Source: Octopus vulgaris
Taxonomy: Eukaryota
Reading direction: 5' to 3'
NCBI GenBank assembly: GCA_951406725.2
Contig: OX597819.1
Location: 93,558,001 to 93,622,000, forward strand
DNA: 64,000 nucleotides
Shown here: positions 25,765-39,494 of the stretch, one piece after another
How the letters are laid out: each line of letters begins with the position of its first letter
How positions within the stretch are numbered: the first letter of the stretch is position 1
Position numbers and translations under genes: made by a program
The notes under the pieces: model-generated
Told to the model about the DNA's origin: nothing
Seen by the model: the letters and a program-made list of their open reading frames with translations, nothing else
Databases searched by the model: none

Positions 25765-26150
25765 TCTTTTATTTGTTTTAGTCATTTGACTGCGGCCATG
25801 CTGGAGCACCACCTTTAGTCGAGCAAATCGACCCCAGGACTTATTCTTTGTAAGCCTAGTACTTATTCAATTAGTTCTTCTTGCTGAACTGCTAAGTGAC
25901 GGAGATGTAAACACACCAGCATCAGTTGTCAAGCGATGTTGGTAGGGACAAAACACAAGCACACAAACATATACATACATACATATACATATATATGACG
26001 AGCTTCTTTCAGTTTCTGTCTACCAAATCCACTCACAAGGCTTTAGTTGGCCCAAGGCTATAGTAGAAGACACTTGCCCAAGGCGCCACTGAACCCAGAA
26101 CCATGTGGTTGGTAAGTAAGCTACTTAGCACACAGCCACTCCTGCACCTA
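25765..26150 (-). mobile_element. OR2-like SINE, near full length
   Basis: TTGACTGCGGCCATGCTGGAGCACCACCTTTAGTCGAGCAAATCGACCCCAGG...ACACAGCCACTCCTGCACC; a tRNA-like head on the minus strand. Confidence 0.9.
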
Positions 26151-26156
26151 AATATG

Positions 26157-26187
<31 letters not shown>

Positions 26188-27686
26188 ATATATATATATA
26201 TAGATAGATAGAGTAAGAGAGAGAGATTTTAGACTCCCACACAGTTTCTGTCTACCAAATTCCACTCACAACACATTCATTGGTCAAAAAGTTTATTCCG
26301 TATCAGTTTGCATATACCTTCTTAGTATTTATTTGTTCTCATGCTTATTTTGAAAGATTCAACTATTAACATCAAACAAACTAGTCTAATATATGTGACT
26401 TATTACATTTTCTTTACAGCTCTTTGTTGTTAGTTAGGTTTTTTGTAAGAATGATTTCGTTGTTTGATTTATCTTTCTTTTCTTTCCCCCTTTTTTTTTT
26501 GTTTTTGTTAAAAGTATCAAATATATACAAAGCAATTTCCCACAAAAAAATGTTACCAGCATCCTACCATACACTCACCCTTAGGACTATATCGATTTCC
26601 TGTCATCATTATCTCTCTGTAGATACATTTCTTATATCCACTCATTATCAAATTCCTTCTGCCGTTTATCATCGATTTGATTTGGTCTACACGTCTGTTT
26701 CAAAGATATATGAAGCTTACATAGGAAAACAATGTCAGCATTTCTGTCACTCTTGTTGTTGTTGTTGTTATTGTTGTTGCTGCTGCTGCTGTTGTTGCTG
26801 CTGTTACTGTTCATGATTACAGCAATATCCCATTTCCACCTTCATATATCTATATGAATGTATGTGTTTTCGTGTGTATGTGCAATGTCTGGATATATGT
26901 GTGTATTACCTTGTGTGCAAGTGTGTGTGTGTGTACAGAGAGAGGGTGTGAGAGGGAAGGAGGGATGGAATGAATTTTTGTGTTGCATAGAGTGGTACAC
27001 AAATCAATAACTGAGGCACATATTAAAATAAATGTATGGATTAGATTTATCTTTTATTCAACTCAGCGCTGATTTTTCAGTAAGGACTCACACTTTTCTG
27101 TCAGATTGATCATGAAGTATGGTGGAATTTAACTGAAAATATAATGTCTTTTATTCATAAAAAAAATGTTGTGTTGTGATAGGAAGACATTTATGAGCTA
27201 AATTCTGATTCTTTATGATCCATCTCATAAGTCTAGGTCACACCCTGCTGAAGCTTGGACACACATAAGAAACAAGTCCAATAGTCTAATTAATTAGTTA
27301 ATTAATTAACTGGTTTTATTTTGGGTCTTCTTTGTTTATCTGAAATTGCAATACACATGGTTATGTGGCTGAGAAGTTAAAATCCCAACCACATTGTTTT
27401 TGGTTCAATCCCACTGCATGGCACTTTAGTCAAGTGTCTTCTATAGTCCATAATCAACCAATAGTACAGCAAGGAATGTTATCAGTTTCTCCTGAGCACT
27501 TCATGCCTTTGAAGCCTTTTTCTATAAATGGACTTATTTTTTATTCTGTTTAAACCAGGCATATCTAACTAAAATATTCTCTCTGTCTGATGATCAAACT
27601 GACCAGATCTGGCCTCTCACACCAACCCTAAATTATCATTCTAAAAATTAACAGTTACCTCTTCAAATTCTCAAAGCTACAACATA

Positions 27687-28083
27687 CTCTTTTACTAGTT
27701 TCAGTCATATGACTGCGGCCATGCTGGAGCACCACCTTTAGTCGAGGAAATCGACTCCAGGACTTATTCTTTGTAAGCCTAGTACTTATTCTATCGGTAT
27801 CTTTTGCCAAACCAATAAGTTACAAGGGACGTAAACACACCAGCATCGGTTATCAGGCAATGTTGGTGGGGGTAAACACAGACACACAAACACACACATA
27901 TATACATATACATATATACGACGGGCTTCTTTCAGGTTCTATCTGCCAAATTCACTCACAAGGCTTTGGTCGGCCCGAGGCTATAGTAGAAGACACTTGC
28001 CCAAGGTACCACGCAGTGAGACTGAACCCAGAACAATGTGGTTGGTAAGCAAGCTACTTACCACACAGCCACTCCTGCGCCTA
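27687..28083 (-). mobile_element. OR2-like SINE, full length, inserted in a piggyBac-like MITE
   Basis: Same consensus as 25765-26150; flanks 27560-27685 and 28090-28167 (ending GCAAAAGGGTTAA) match the TTAA MITE family. Confidence 0.9.
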
Positions 28084-28494
28084 TATACATGATGCATGAT
28101 TAATACAAAACAATGAGAATAAATAGGCATTATTTTTGACAGAACAATGTCTATGCAAAAGGGTTAAATAGCTCTTGAACCAAGATGATTTGTTTACAGT
28201 GGCCAATATTTACCATTGGATTCATGTTAAAAACATGCAATAAGTCTTCCCCAGTATTGAATACTGGAGTGATATCTATTAACAACATTGTCTCGTTATT
28301 GTTGTTCTTATTGTTTATTGCAAATCAATCTTAATCAAATGCATTCCAGCTGTGACCATTTCATTTGTTTTAGTTTTCTTATCTTTTTTACACACTGCAT
28401 TATCCATTATGTTCGCTGTTTAAGAAGGTAGGCGTGGTTTTAGGTATATTTTAGCTACTGTTTCTGCCAGATTGAGTTGCAGTGTAGTGGGTTA

Positions 28495-28828
28495 CAGTAA
28501 TCCCTCAACTATCACGGGTGTTATGTTCCAAAATACCCCATGATAGGTGAAAATCCGCAAAGTAGAAACAGCACTTTGCGGATTTTCACTGTATATTACT
28601 TTTTATTATTTTTATAATTTTTTTAATATTGTTTTTTATTATTTTTATAATTTTTTTATATTGTTTTTTATAATTTGTTTATATTTTCACTGTATATTAT
28701 TTTTTATTATTTTTATAATTTGTATATATTTATTTTATCATAAATGCAAAACAACACCATGGAGGAATTCACATAAGCTTTAATAATAAACTGCAATAGG
28801 TGAACCACGGTATGGTGAGAGATTATTG
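28495..28828. mobile_element. Tigger/pogo-like MITE, copy 1
   Basis: TA-CAGTAATCCCTC...GAGAGATTATTG-TA; AT-rich interior; closely similar to 30918-31138. Confidence 0.75.
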
Positions 28829-30124
28829 TATTTATTGGTTGGAACAATAACTAGCAATTGGTCTCTGAAAATAAGTGGTCTATATTACCGTGGCATCTAT
28901 CTTTTGATCTATCCAGCATGGGAGACCCTCCCAGGAGTTTGTATCCTACTGGCATAATTCTCAGAGTCATTGAGACATACAACCCACCACAACAAGGGCT
29001 GGAACTTGTGGTGGAGAGTTATTATTAGTAATTACAATTTTCATAAGATATCACAGTATGGTTAAAAAGTTCACTTCGCATAACATAGTTTCAATCTTTT
29101 ATCCTACTAAGCAGCCAGTTGGGCAATTAATTTCAAACAATAGTCTGATTGGCTAATGCCTTGTGAAGCAAATGTGGTAAGCAAAATCTCTACCAAAACT
29201 CATCAGATGTATGTATATGTATGTATTCATATGTATCAGTGCATGTGTTTGTATGTATGTGTGTACATATATTTGTGTATGTACTTGTGTGTGTATTTGT
29301 GTATACATCAGTGTGGAATGGTAAAATTAGTATATCAAAGTAAAATAGTTCCAAGTATTTTAATCCAACTTAACTGCCTTCCTTTACACTTGGTCAGCTT
29401 TTCTTTCTTCCCTCCTCTGAGATTGATAAATTAAATACCAAACAAAACTCTAAGATGAATATAATCAACTAAATTTTGAAAGGTGTTTCCTAGGCATGAC
29501 CACAATTCAATAGCTGAATGCAGTAAAAGAAAAGAAGAATCTTTTCATGACAACTCCCACTGATATTTAAAAATAATGACAAGAAGTATAATAGCAATTA
29601 TAGCTACTGGAATGTCATATATGATACTGGCAATTTATCTTGTGAAGGTTATTAATTATTTTATGTCTATATCAATTCTTCCCAATTTTTTCACACAATC
29701 TTATAAATCTTCCAAACAACAAAGACCATCCAATCATGACCAGCCCACTGGGTGGATCATGGTCTGAGCTTTTCTAGAGTCATAGAAATGAAAGATAAAA
29801 TAGTAAAGTTAAAACAGCAGAAACAAATATTTATAGAATCTAATTTGCAAAGAGAGAAATGGCAGATGTTCAGTAGTAATAGTGCCACCTGGCAAGTGAT
29901 AGCTTTATGGTTCAAATTCTACTGGTTGATATGGTGTTCTTTTTCCACCTAAAATTGGTGTTTATAATGCATCATTTATATGAAACTGTTAATTTGCAAT
30001 GTGCTCACATTCTTGGGTTAATTCGCATCATAAACATCAAACCAAAGAAACGATAGTTCCAATGTTAAACATTTATAAATTACCTTAATTAACTACCATG
30101 GCTGAATAGCTGATAAATTATTTC

Positions 30125-30550
30125 GGATCTTTTCGGTTTGAACGGCAGTTTCTTAAAATAATTTCCACGTAACTAAACACTTTTAACCTTCGTATACCGG
30201 TAGAATGTGTTTATAAAACATCTTTTTCTCTTGGCTTTATTGAGAAAATTCTATAGTTTGTAAGATATTTGTTGTTTTTTGTCTTCAATTTCTGCAATTT
30301 CAACCAATCAATGATGTCTGTTGAGGCGAGAACATTCTGTGCCGTATGAATATGTCCCTCATTTAAGAAACAGATTGGGTTTATTTACATTTCTGAAGAA
30401 AAAAGATTCCCTTCCCCCCAACCCTAACCCTAACTAACCCTAACCCTAAAACAAGATTGAAATGCAGTAGATCAATACTAGGGTCATAATTATGGGTGAC
30501 AATTTCATATGACACCACTAGAAAAACTGTCGTTCAAACTGAAAAGATCC
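30125..30550. mobile_element. Merlin-like non-autonomous DNA transposon with 8-bp TSD
   Basis: TIRs GGATCTTTTCGGTTTGAACGGCAGTTT / AAACTGTCGTTCAAACTGAAAAGATCC; perfect TSD ATTATTTC at 30117-30124 and 30551-30558; internal CCCTAA repeats at ~30420-30449. Confidence 0.85.
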
Positions 30551-30917
30551 ATTATTTCTGAAATAAGTGAGATGTTTATGGAGGTAGGAAGGATAATTAG
30601 TACCAGTAACATTTATAGTATGCAATTTGACTGATAAGAACAGAAGGTACTCAATAACAGAGTGGTCATTTGGCAATAAAATAAATATTTGGTTCAATCC
30701 CACCTGTGGGGTGGTTGCTCTTTTCTGTCTCAAAGTGATGATTATAAAATCCCATATGATTTGCTTATAATTATACATATTTATCATTCTTCTCAGTGAC
30801 AAACTTATAGAAATCCAAAGAAACTTTTTGACTCTTCGTAAAATACTGTGTTACTGAGATGCACCAGCTCCGATCAAATCAGTTGGCAAACAGTTGTAAA
30901 CCTGAAATAGATTCATA

Positions 30918-31138
30918 CAGTAATCCCTCGACTATTGCAGGTGTTATGTTCCAAACCCTCCTGTGACAGGTGAAAATCTGCAAAGTAGAAACAGTACTGT
31001 ACTATGTATTTTTTTTATTATTTTTATAATTTGTATATATTTATTTTATTATAAATGCAGGAATTGACGTAAGCTTAAATAATAAACTGTGATAGGTGAA
31101 CCGCAATAGATGAACCCCGATATGGTGAGGAGTTACTA
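30918..31138. mobile_element. Tigger/pogo-like MITE, copy 2
   Basis: TA-CAGTAATCCCTCGAC...GGTGAAAATC.GCAAAGTAGAAACAG...TATGGTGAGGAGTTACTA-TA. Confidence 0.75.
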
Positions 31139-31506
31139 TAAGGTTAAATAATTAGGTAATTTATGATTAGAAATATCTAATTATATCAAATATTTAAGCC
31201 TTAGTATCTAATATCTAAGCCTCATTAGGAGAGTCAAGAATGTATCATAAACACTTATTTTTCTCTTCTGAAGCCCTTTTGCTAAAGCACTAAAAATAAT
31301 CTTAAGTGCTATTGTATCATTTGATAAATATTTGTCATATTTCTTTTCCATTTATTGATACTCATGTAGATATGGTAGACCTGCAAATTCAGATATATCT
31401 CTCAATTTTTGATCTCAATGTTCTTTCGTTTTTTTTTTTGTTTTTTTGTTTTTTTTTTTGCCAAAGGTACCTTCTATTGCCGACCATTCAACCATAACGT
31501 CAAAGT

Positions 31507-31545
<39 letters not shown>

Positions 31546-31900
31546 TATTGAAATTTTAAGGTTATTTTATTGGTGCTTTTCAGTCTCAAGTTTTGAAATA
31601 AGGATCATGGACAGATTCTTCAGCAATTTATAAATATACAAGTCTCATCCATATTAAGTTCACAATAGCATGGTTAAACCATGGGGATTAGACTAAATTG
31701 GTTAAATCATGGGGGTTGAACTATCACATATAATCATAACACATGATAATATGATTTGAACTCAGATTTTCAAGCTTATATAACACTGTTTATATAGTAA
31801 AAATTGTAGTTTTATGTAATAATGACTATGAGTGTCTTCATAGTTCTACCTATACAGAATAAGACAAAGTTGTTCTCATACTCTGTATACTTAAACTGTT

Positions 31901-32140
31901 GTGGAGGCATAGGCATATAGCTTAGGAGTTAGACTCATGATCATAAAATTGTGGTTTCAATTCCTGGACCAGGCAACATGTGCTCTTGAGCAAGACACTT
32001 CATTTCACATTGCTCCATTACTCTCTGCTGGCAAAAATGAGCAATCCTGTGACAGAATGGCATCCCATCCAGATGGCAAATATATATACCATGAAACCAG
32101 GAAACCAGTCCTTATGAGTCAGTAAGACTCAAGAAGATAA
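31901..32140 (+). mobile_element. tRNA-derived SINE (V-domain-like)
   Basis: GTGGAGGC...GGTTTCAATTCCTGGACC (B box)...TTGAGCAAGACACTT...GAATGGCATCCCATCCAG; reverse copy at 43790-44030. Confidence 0.7.
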
Positions 32141-34734
32141 CTTTACTCTTACTTCTACTCTTAGCCTGTTATTAAATTTATCCATGCAGAAAAATTAGTT
32201 TAAAACCCTTTTTGATGCTAAATTTCTAATAAACTACATTTTCTGTGTCTTTAAATAAATTTTGAAAATAATCAAGAACAAGGAAGGAAGGAAGTAATAA
32301 AACTGTTGTTATTTTTTTTTTATTATATAGGTACACTAGCATTCTTATATTTATTGCTTTCCATGACATATTACCATTTCTCTTGTTAATCAGAAATAAT
32401 AGCTTAATAAAGATGTCCTTACATAAAATTTTGATGGAAGGTTTTATTTCAAAGATGAGCTTTTTAAAGTAGGGGATCCTTTTTTATAATAGAAGCAGGG
32501 CTGGTCTCTAAAGAGTCAATGAAAATAGCCTGATTCTAAAGATAAAATAAATATATATATATTTTTTGTATACAACTGTCTTATGTGTCTCTCTAACAAG
32601 TGTATTCATATTGATATATTAAGTATCATTATTTGTTGCTGCTTCTTTTGCCCTTCAAATAAGATATTTTCCTCAAGTCATGAAGCTATTATTTGTTTAT
32701 TTGTCTAGTTTGAGAATCTTACACTAAATTCTTATCCACACACAATAATTAGCAACATCTATTTATTTGCTGTCAGGCAAATGAGATAATCTTTAAGTAG
32801 GAGTTTATCAAAGAGCAATTAGAAATCGAGTGCAAGAGAGTAGAAGAATTAAAATGAAAATGAGTGGAATGATGAGGTGTTTATCACACTGCCTGGAGTG
32901 GCAAACTGGGGAGTAGAGAATGAAATAATTAAAATGGAAAGAGATGGAGTAAAAGTTGTTACATTGAGAAGCATTCTGAATATATTGTCAATGATATTAA
33001 AAAAAAAAATTACGTGTCTTATATTTTTATCATGAATATTATGCTAAAAGAACTTCTAGAATAACGATAATTACATATAAATCTTTCAATGATTTGTAAA
33101 TATTGTTGACATTTTTGTAAATTTAAAAAGAAATTAATAACTAATGTTAAACTACTCAATGAACCAGTAACAAAATTAAATTAAACCAGTAACAGAGAAG
33201 CTATTTTTTATGACACAAATATCTATGTACTTATATATCGCTGTTGAACTGCATTTTTAGTAGTTGATATGCACTATTCATCAATGGTTTCACCTGTCAT
33301 TTTGAACAGATATCTTACTCTCATTTATTAATAAAATTGTTATCCTTTTTTTATGACACCAGAACACAAATATTCTTATATTTATTGCTTTCTCTAGTTT
33401 ACTGTCATTTCTCTTATTAATAAGAAATAATATTTTCCTTATAGCACTTTTCATCCTTCTTTTTCACTTTATATTCATACTATCACAGTCTTTTTCAACT
33501 CTTGGCCATCTACCATTACAATCTTCAGTGCTTACTCACTTAATTATTATCTATTCTCATCACAAAAGAGAAACTATCTTGTTTCTTTATTTCACACAAT
33601 AGTTGGAGTATTTAAGAGCCAGCTGTCTTCTAAGATACTTCATATTCAATCTATTCATTAGCTTCGGAGTGCATGTGTATGTATGTACACACACACACAC
33701 ATACATACATACACATATTCAGTCTGTTACACTGATTTTCTTCTTCTTTATCATTCCTGGATCCTCTACTTTTATAGCTATGTCATATTACCCTATAAAT
33801 ATAAATTCAATATTGGCCACTTTCCTTAAGGAAAGAGAATCTTGTCAAGAGATAGTCAAAAGCTAATGCCTGGAAGCAAGTTGCTTTCCAGCTGTTACTG
33901 TATCTAGATTCTATGACATCACTTATTTTATCATCGTCTCTGATTAAGGTGCCTCTAAGTAACATACTTTATTGTCCATTGCTGATTATAGTCTCTTCTT
34001 CTTTACATATACATGTGTGTATATATATATATATATATATGTATCTTTAGAATATCGTTATTTGATGAGATAATTAGGGAGTCTCTAAGTGGTCATTTGA
34101 CCGGCCATCTACACTCACTTCTAAAATAAAAGGAGATACTTGATACTGTAATCTTAGAGGTAATACGTCTAAATAAAAGGCAGGATAGTCATGACTGGAA
34201 TATCTTTGATTAAACATCTACTCAATCAGGATGATATTGGGCAACACAACAACAACAACAACATATTTTCAGATTATAATTCATTGGATTGTATTTATAG
34301 TTCAGCCCTGGCATAGCAACATACACATTGCCATTACAGTTCAAAAGTCATTTCTGGTACTCCTTACACTATGGAATTCTTACAATTATCCTTTAATAAA
34401 TTGTAAAAATTCAGTCTCCTCTTAATATTTATGTTGAATATTTATAAACTCAGTGAGTCATGCAAATATTTTGTGGTTACAGCAGACAAAATGGAGAATA
34501 TGTTGCAGTGAAGAATGGTGAGGCTGATGCACTGAAAGAGCTTGTCCATCTTGCCAGGTTCATTCCTAGAATGGTCATCTCTACACTGATCAGACTTAGT
34601 AGAGAACAGTTCAAGATGTCCAAAATGTAGGATTTTTGGTTCAAAATAAAAAGTGGCTTATTTGAGAACTACATGTAGTTTGCTAAGCTTGCAGTCCCCA
34701 GCTTGTTGGACAACAAAGCTTGGGTATCTTTTAT

Positions 34735-34950
34735 TCTTTTATTCTTTTATTTGTTTCAGTCATTTGACTGCGGCCATGCTGGAACACCACCTTTAGTCAA
34801 GTAAATTGACACCAGGACTTATTCGTTGTAAGCCTAGTACTTATTCTATTGGTCTCTCTTGCCAAACCACTAAGTGACGGGGACATAAACACACCATCAT
34901 TGGTTGTCAAGCGATGTTGGGGGGACAAACACAGACACACAAACATATAC

Positions 34951-34984
<34 letters not shown>

Positions 34985-35148
34985 ATATATATATATACAC
35001 GACGGGCTTCTTTCAGTTTCTGTCTACCAAATCCACTCACAAGGCTTTGGTCAGCCCGAGGCTATAGTAGAGGACACTTGCCCAAGGTGCCATACAGTGG
35101 GACTGAACATGGAACCATGTGGTTGGTAAGCAAGCTACTTACTACACA
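34735..35148 (-). mobile_element. OR2-like SINE, near full length
   Basis: Family consensus with internal (TA)n; source of the recurring [29 protein letters not shown] ORFs. Confidence 0.9.
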
Positions 35149-38100
35149 AATTTTACCAGGTTATCGCTGGTTAATACAGCACTGTAGGTAGCATTCCAGG
35201 TTAGAGACTAGCTGTCTCAGAACATGATGATTGTGATGCCTCTGGTCTTCTACTATCTCTTCAGTTTAACTCCATCGGTACTAGATGCAATGGAATAACT
35301 ACTATATCCAAACTACACCTGCTGAACTCATTGCAACTTTGGTCACAGTTCACTTTTAGCTTTTTGTTTAATTGTTTTAGAACCTTTTCCCAGATTTTAA
35401 ATTTTAACATTTCTTCAAAGAATCTCTGTTAATAAATTTATCTGTATCTGTTGTAGACATAGCTGTGCAGGAAGAAGTTTGCTTCCTAGCCACATGGTTT
35501 TACATTCAGTGACATTACATGGCATCTTGCCTTGACTTCATATCATAGCTGTAAATATATGTCACCTCATGCAAGTGATGGCCTTCATTTCGTGAAAACA
35601 TGTCTTGTCATGGTGAATATTATCTTACTCAGAAACAGGTGATTGTTGGTGACAGGAAGAGCATCCAGCTGTAGAAAATCCTTTGGACCCATACAAACAT
35701 GGAAATGTGGACATTAAATGATCAGGATGATCATGATAACTGTTCTCACTGACACTTGGTGTTGGGTTATATTGCATACTCGTATTGTGTTATGATTTTC
35801 ATTCACTAATAATATGCACAAGTCAACTAATGTAAACAAGAAATAGAAAATATGGCTAGGACTGGGAAGGAATTCATCTTAACTGAAGTTTGACACTATG
35901 GAAAAACCAACTGAAAGATTTGAATAACATCTTTAACATTGCCCTTTGTAAACAGTTTTATATTTATTTTTCCGTATTAGATCAAACTTCAGCCTCTCTC
36001 TCTCTTCCTTTACTGTCTTCTCAGCTCTCTTAGATTCAAACTTAGTCTTTCTCTTTTTTTTATTAGAAGGTCCAGTAGGAGTTAAATATTTGGTATATGG
36101 ACCTAATAACATTCAAGCATTTCTCTTCTGTGTATTTGAGTCTATTTTCTAAATGAATATCAATCATTTTGTTCCACTGAATCAGTTTCTAAATGTAAAA
36201 ATAAATGTATTCAGTTGCTAAAGTGTTGAATTGTACTTCACTAAAAATAGACATTCAGACAAGACATCAATCAGTAATTCTGAAAATAAACAGTTACTTA
36301 TTTCTTACTATTGTGCTTGTTCAGTTTATTTCCCTTGTCCCACCCTTCCAACTCATCACTATTTTTCCCCTCTGAATGAGCTCAATAAAGAAAAAATTTA
36401 ATTTAAGTAGATAAGAAATAAACTGGTTTAAAGATATTTTTTTTTTTATAAACTTCAGAAACAAATAAAAGAAGAACAACAAAAATGATGTTGAATCTGT
36501 GGGTGTTCTTTAGAATCTTTAGAAATTCTAGATGAATCTGTACTATTTGCAGTTAATATATTTTACAATAACTTGTCAATATTTTTTAAGGTAGCTATTT
36601 CAAGTTATGGAATCATTTCCTGGTTGATTACAAAAGACACAAAACAAACCATTTTAATGGTGAAATATTTTTGCTTTTAGCTGGTTTCTTTAAATTTTGT
36701 TTTGTTCCTTTTCTATAGACTTTAATAAATTTTTATTTTAAAAATCATGAAAACAAGATTTGATATGATTCAAATCTCAAAGCATTGAATTGGGCAATAT
36801 TAGTTAAAAGAAATACTAATTATTTATTTTCTGGAGTAAACTCACAGGAAATTTTTTTGTTAAAGATAGTAATTTGAATTCTGTAGTTTGTTTAAAATTC
36901 TTTAGTTAACATTTTAGGTTTATAAATAAATTTGCATTATTAGACATGTCTGTTAATGCTTCCTGTTTTGATTTATGATATAATAGAAAAATACCTGTCA
37001 TATGCACTTTTACTCAGATATACATGTGTATGTATGCATGTGTGTAGTTAATTAATTGTATATACCTATATAACTGCTGACCTAAATAAAAATGGATTTT
37101 CAAATTGTAAACTAATGATGCTATTTCTACAAAGCTAAATGTAATGATTTTCAAGATTACATAGTAAGTGAACTTCATTATTTTCATCTCAGTTAATGCT
37201 ACCATAACTTACTTACAAGCAGTAATGATGGGATGGTTCTGTAGGAAAGTTTTCTTTCAGTTCTATGTGAGTTATTTCACTTGTTATATATCTTTTGAAA
37301 TTTGTTTTTTATTGGTTAGGGCTAGAGGTGAGACTTGTATCTATAGTTTTTACAGGATCTCCAAGGCTGATGACATTAATCTTTAATAGTGGCAATTCCA
37401 TAACTTCAGGAAAAACATGTGGAGAGTATATATATATATATGTGTGTGTGTGTGTATGTTTATGCCACTGCATATAACAATAATAATAATAATAATAATA
37501 ATAATGGTTTCAAATTTTACCTCAAGGGCAACAATTTTCGGATGTGGGGTAAAACAAGTTAGTTAGCCTATAGCATAGTTAAGGCTTGTGTAGATAGCAC
37601 AAAGGGGGGCAATAATCAATTAATAAAGTTTCTTAATCAATGAGTCCAATATATTTTGTCCCACATGAAAAAAAGCAGAAATTCTGATAAGATGACTGTT
37701 ACTGTACAGCTCCAGTATTTAGTTATAAATGTTGCTTATTGTGTGGGATTTTAAGTCCATGAACGAAAGAAATAGAATAGTCGCTAAGTACTACATGTAT
37801 TTCAAACAAGGCACCAAATGCATATTATGCAATTTTAAGGTGCTACATAATTATCTTGTGTTCTTTCTTATCAGGTACTTTTCACCTGTCTGTCAGAAAT
37901 TCTTCACTCCCATGAATACACCAAAAGAAACTGGATAAAATCTGTACATTTCATCAGTCAAAAAGTGGGTGGAAGTAGGAATTGGCTAATTAGCCAATCG
38001 TGGGATCATCTGCAATTAAATTCAGTGAGATAGAATGGGATATGATTGTAAGAAGGTCAGCTCCTTATCTGTATGAATAGATTTATGGGATGACTTCAGA

Positions 38101-38774
38101 TAGTTCTTAGGTTATCAATATTCTCACAATATGGTTCCAAAGCTGTAAAAAGGTGCCATAATGGAAACATTAGAATGCAACATTGGATATTAATTACATA
38201 AAGAAGATAATGTGGGGAGGAGAGAGGAAAGGGAGAAAGATGAGATGATTAGTAAGTGAAAAGTAAAAAAAATGTCAAACATAGTGTTTTTGTAAATTTC
38301 CTCTACTCACACACTTCCACATACAGATGTCACAATGTAAAATAAAGTCAGAGAGGCACACACCAGTGCATGATACATTTATATACATATATAAAGAATA
38401 TACACATATGCATTCACTTACACATATGCATACATATTTGCCCACACATGCACAGGTGCATGTATGTGCACATATACACACATATATTTCATATATATAT
38501 TTATATGTATATACACACATATATACACACATGTATGCACACACATATACAAGCATATATATGTATGTATATATATAAACTATATATTTATACACACATA
38601 TACAAAGACATTTATAAATATTTGTGTAAGAGAACCATACGTACTTATACTTCAGTATATACTCATACACAAATATATACATTTGTATCAATATAAATAC
38701 ATGCATTCACACCAAACATAAATGAACATACATAAACACATAAATACACACACACATACTCTGTTTTTATATAC

Positions 38775-38806
<32 letters not shown>

Positions 38807-38896
38807 TCTTGTTTCAGCTCAGAGCTGCGGCCATGCTGATGCACTGCCGCTTTGTGCTACACTACATATATATGTGTGTGTGTGTGTATCAAAGCT

Positions 38897-38986
38897 ACTC
38901 GTCTGATGATGTGCAGGTACAGAGCTGATGTGAAACACTCTACAATTAACAGCTGATGCTAATGCACAGAAACAACTGTAGTGATT
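38897..38986 (+). ncRNA. Type-I hammerhead-ribozyme-like motif with intact catalytic core
   Basis: CTGATGA (38903-38909); stem II TGTGCA (38910-15)/TGCACA (38963-68), extended by AGCTG/CAGCT; GAAAC (38969-73), AACT loop, GTA cleavage triplet (38978-80); stem I TCGT/GTGA with G-U pairs. Confidence 0.6.
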
Positions 38987-39494
38987 TGGTTTAAAGCCTG
39001 ATCATTCCAGCTTCCTGTATTATAATATATTTTTTGTATGAAGTTTGTGGACAATAACGAATTTCCACATGTATATCCAGCAAAAGGAGAATTCCTGTTG
39101 TCTGATAGCATATAATAGCTGATACTCGTAGTGGCACTTTGGAAAGCACATTATATGGTTTTTACCTGAATGATATATATTTACATATATATTCTTGCAC
39201 CCATATGCATCTATCAATATTTAGGGAAAAACATTAGTCACACTTGATTATGAGATTTGGATAAAAATGTGAAAGGTGTAGATTCACAAGAAGTGGCACT
39301 TAAAATAATATGATTTAGCATTTACAAAAAACATGTCTAGAAAAATATATGAATAGCTTGAGTAATGGGTGAAAAACAAGGGGATAATTAAATATAATGA
39401 AGTGAAAGTGGGGAATAAAAAAGTAAAATGCAAATAAGGAAACAAGCTTTAAAAATAGAGATGAAAATAATATATAATATATCAACAGAAATAT

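Noticed and set aside
30420-30449. (CCCTAA)n as a telomere or chromosome fusion site
   Set aside because: Only about four units, and they are internal to a TIR/TSD-bounded transposon.
33603-33660. AG followed by LEYLRAS as the possible next Cav3 exon
   Set aside because: In the required phase it hits TAA within four codons, and it lacks the S4 RVLRPLR motif.
34490-35350. Possible RTE LINE protein remnants on either side of the SINE at 34735
   Set aside because: Only a faint similarity (NEFSRCSLDIVVI on the minus strand); too degenerate to call without an alignment.
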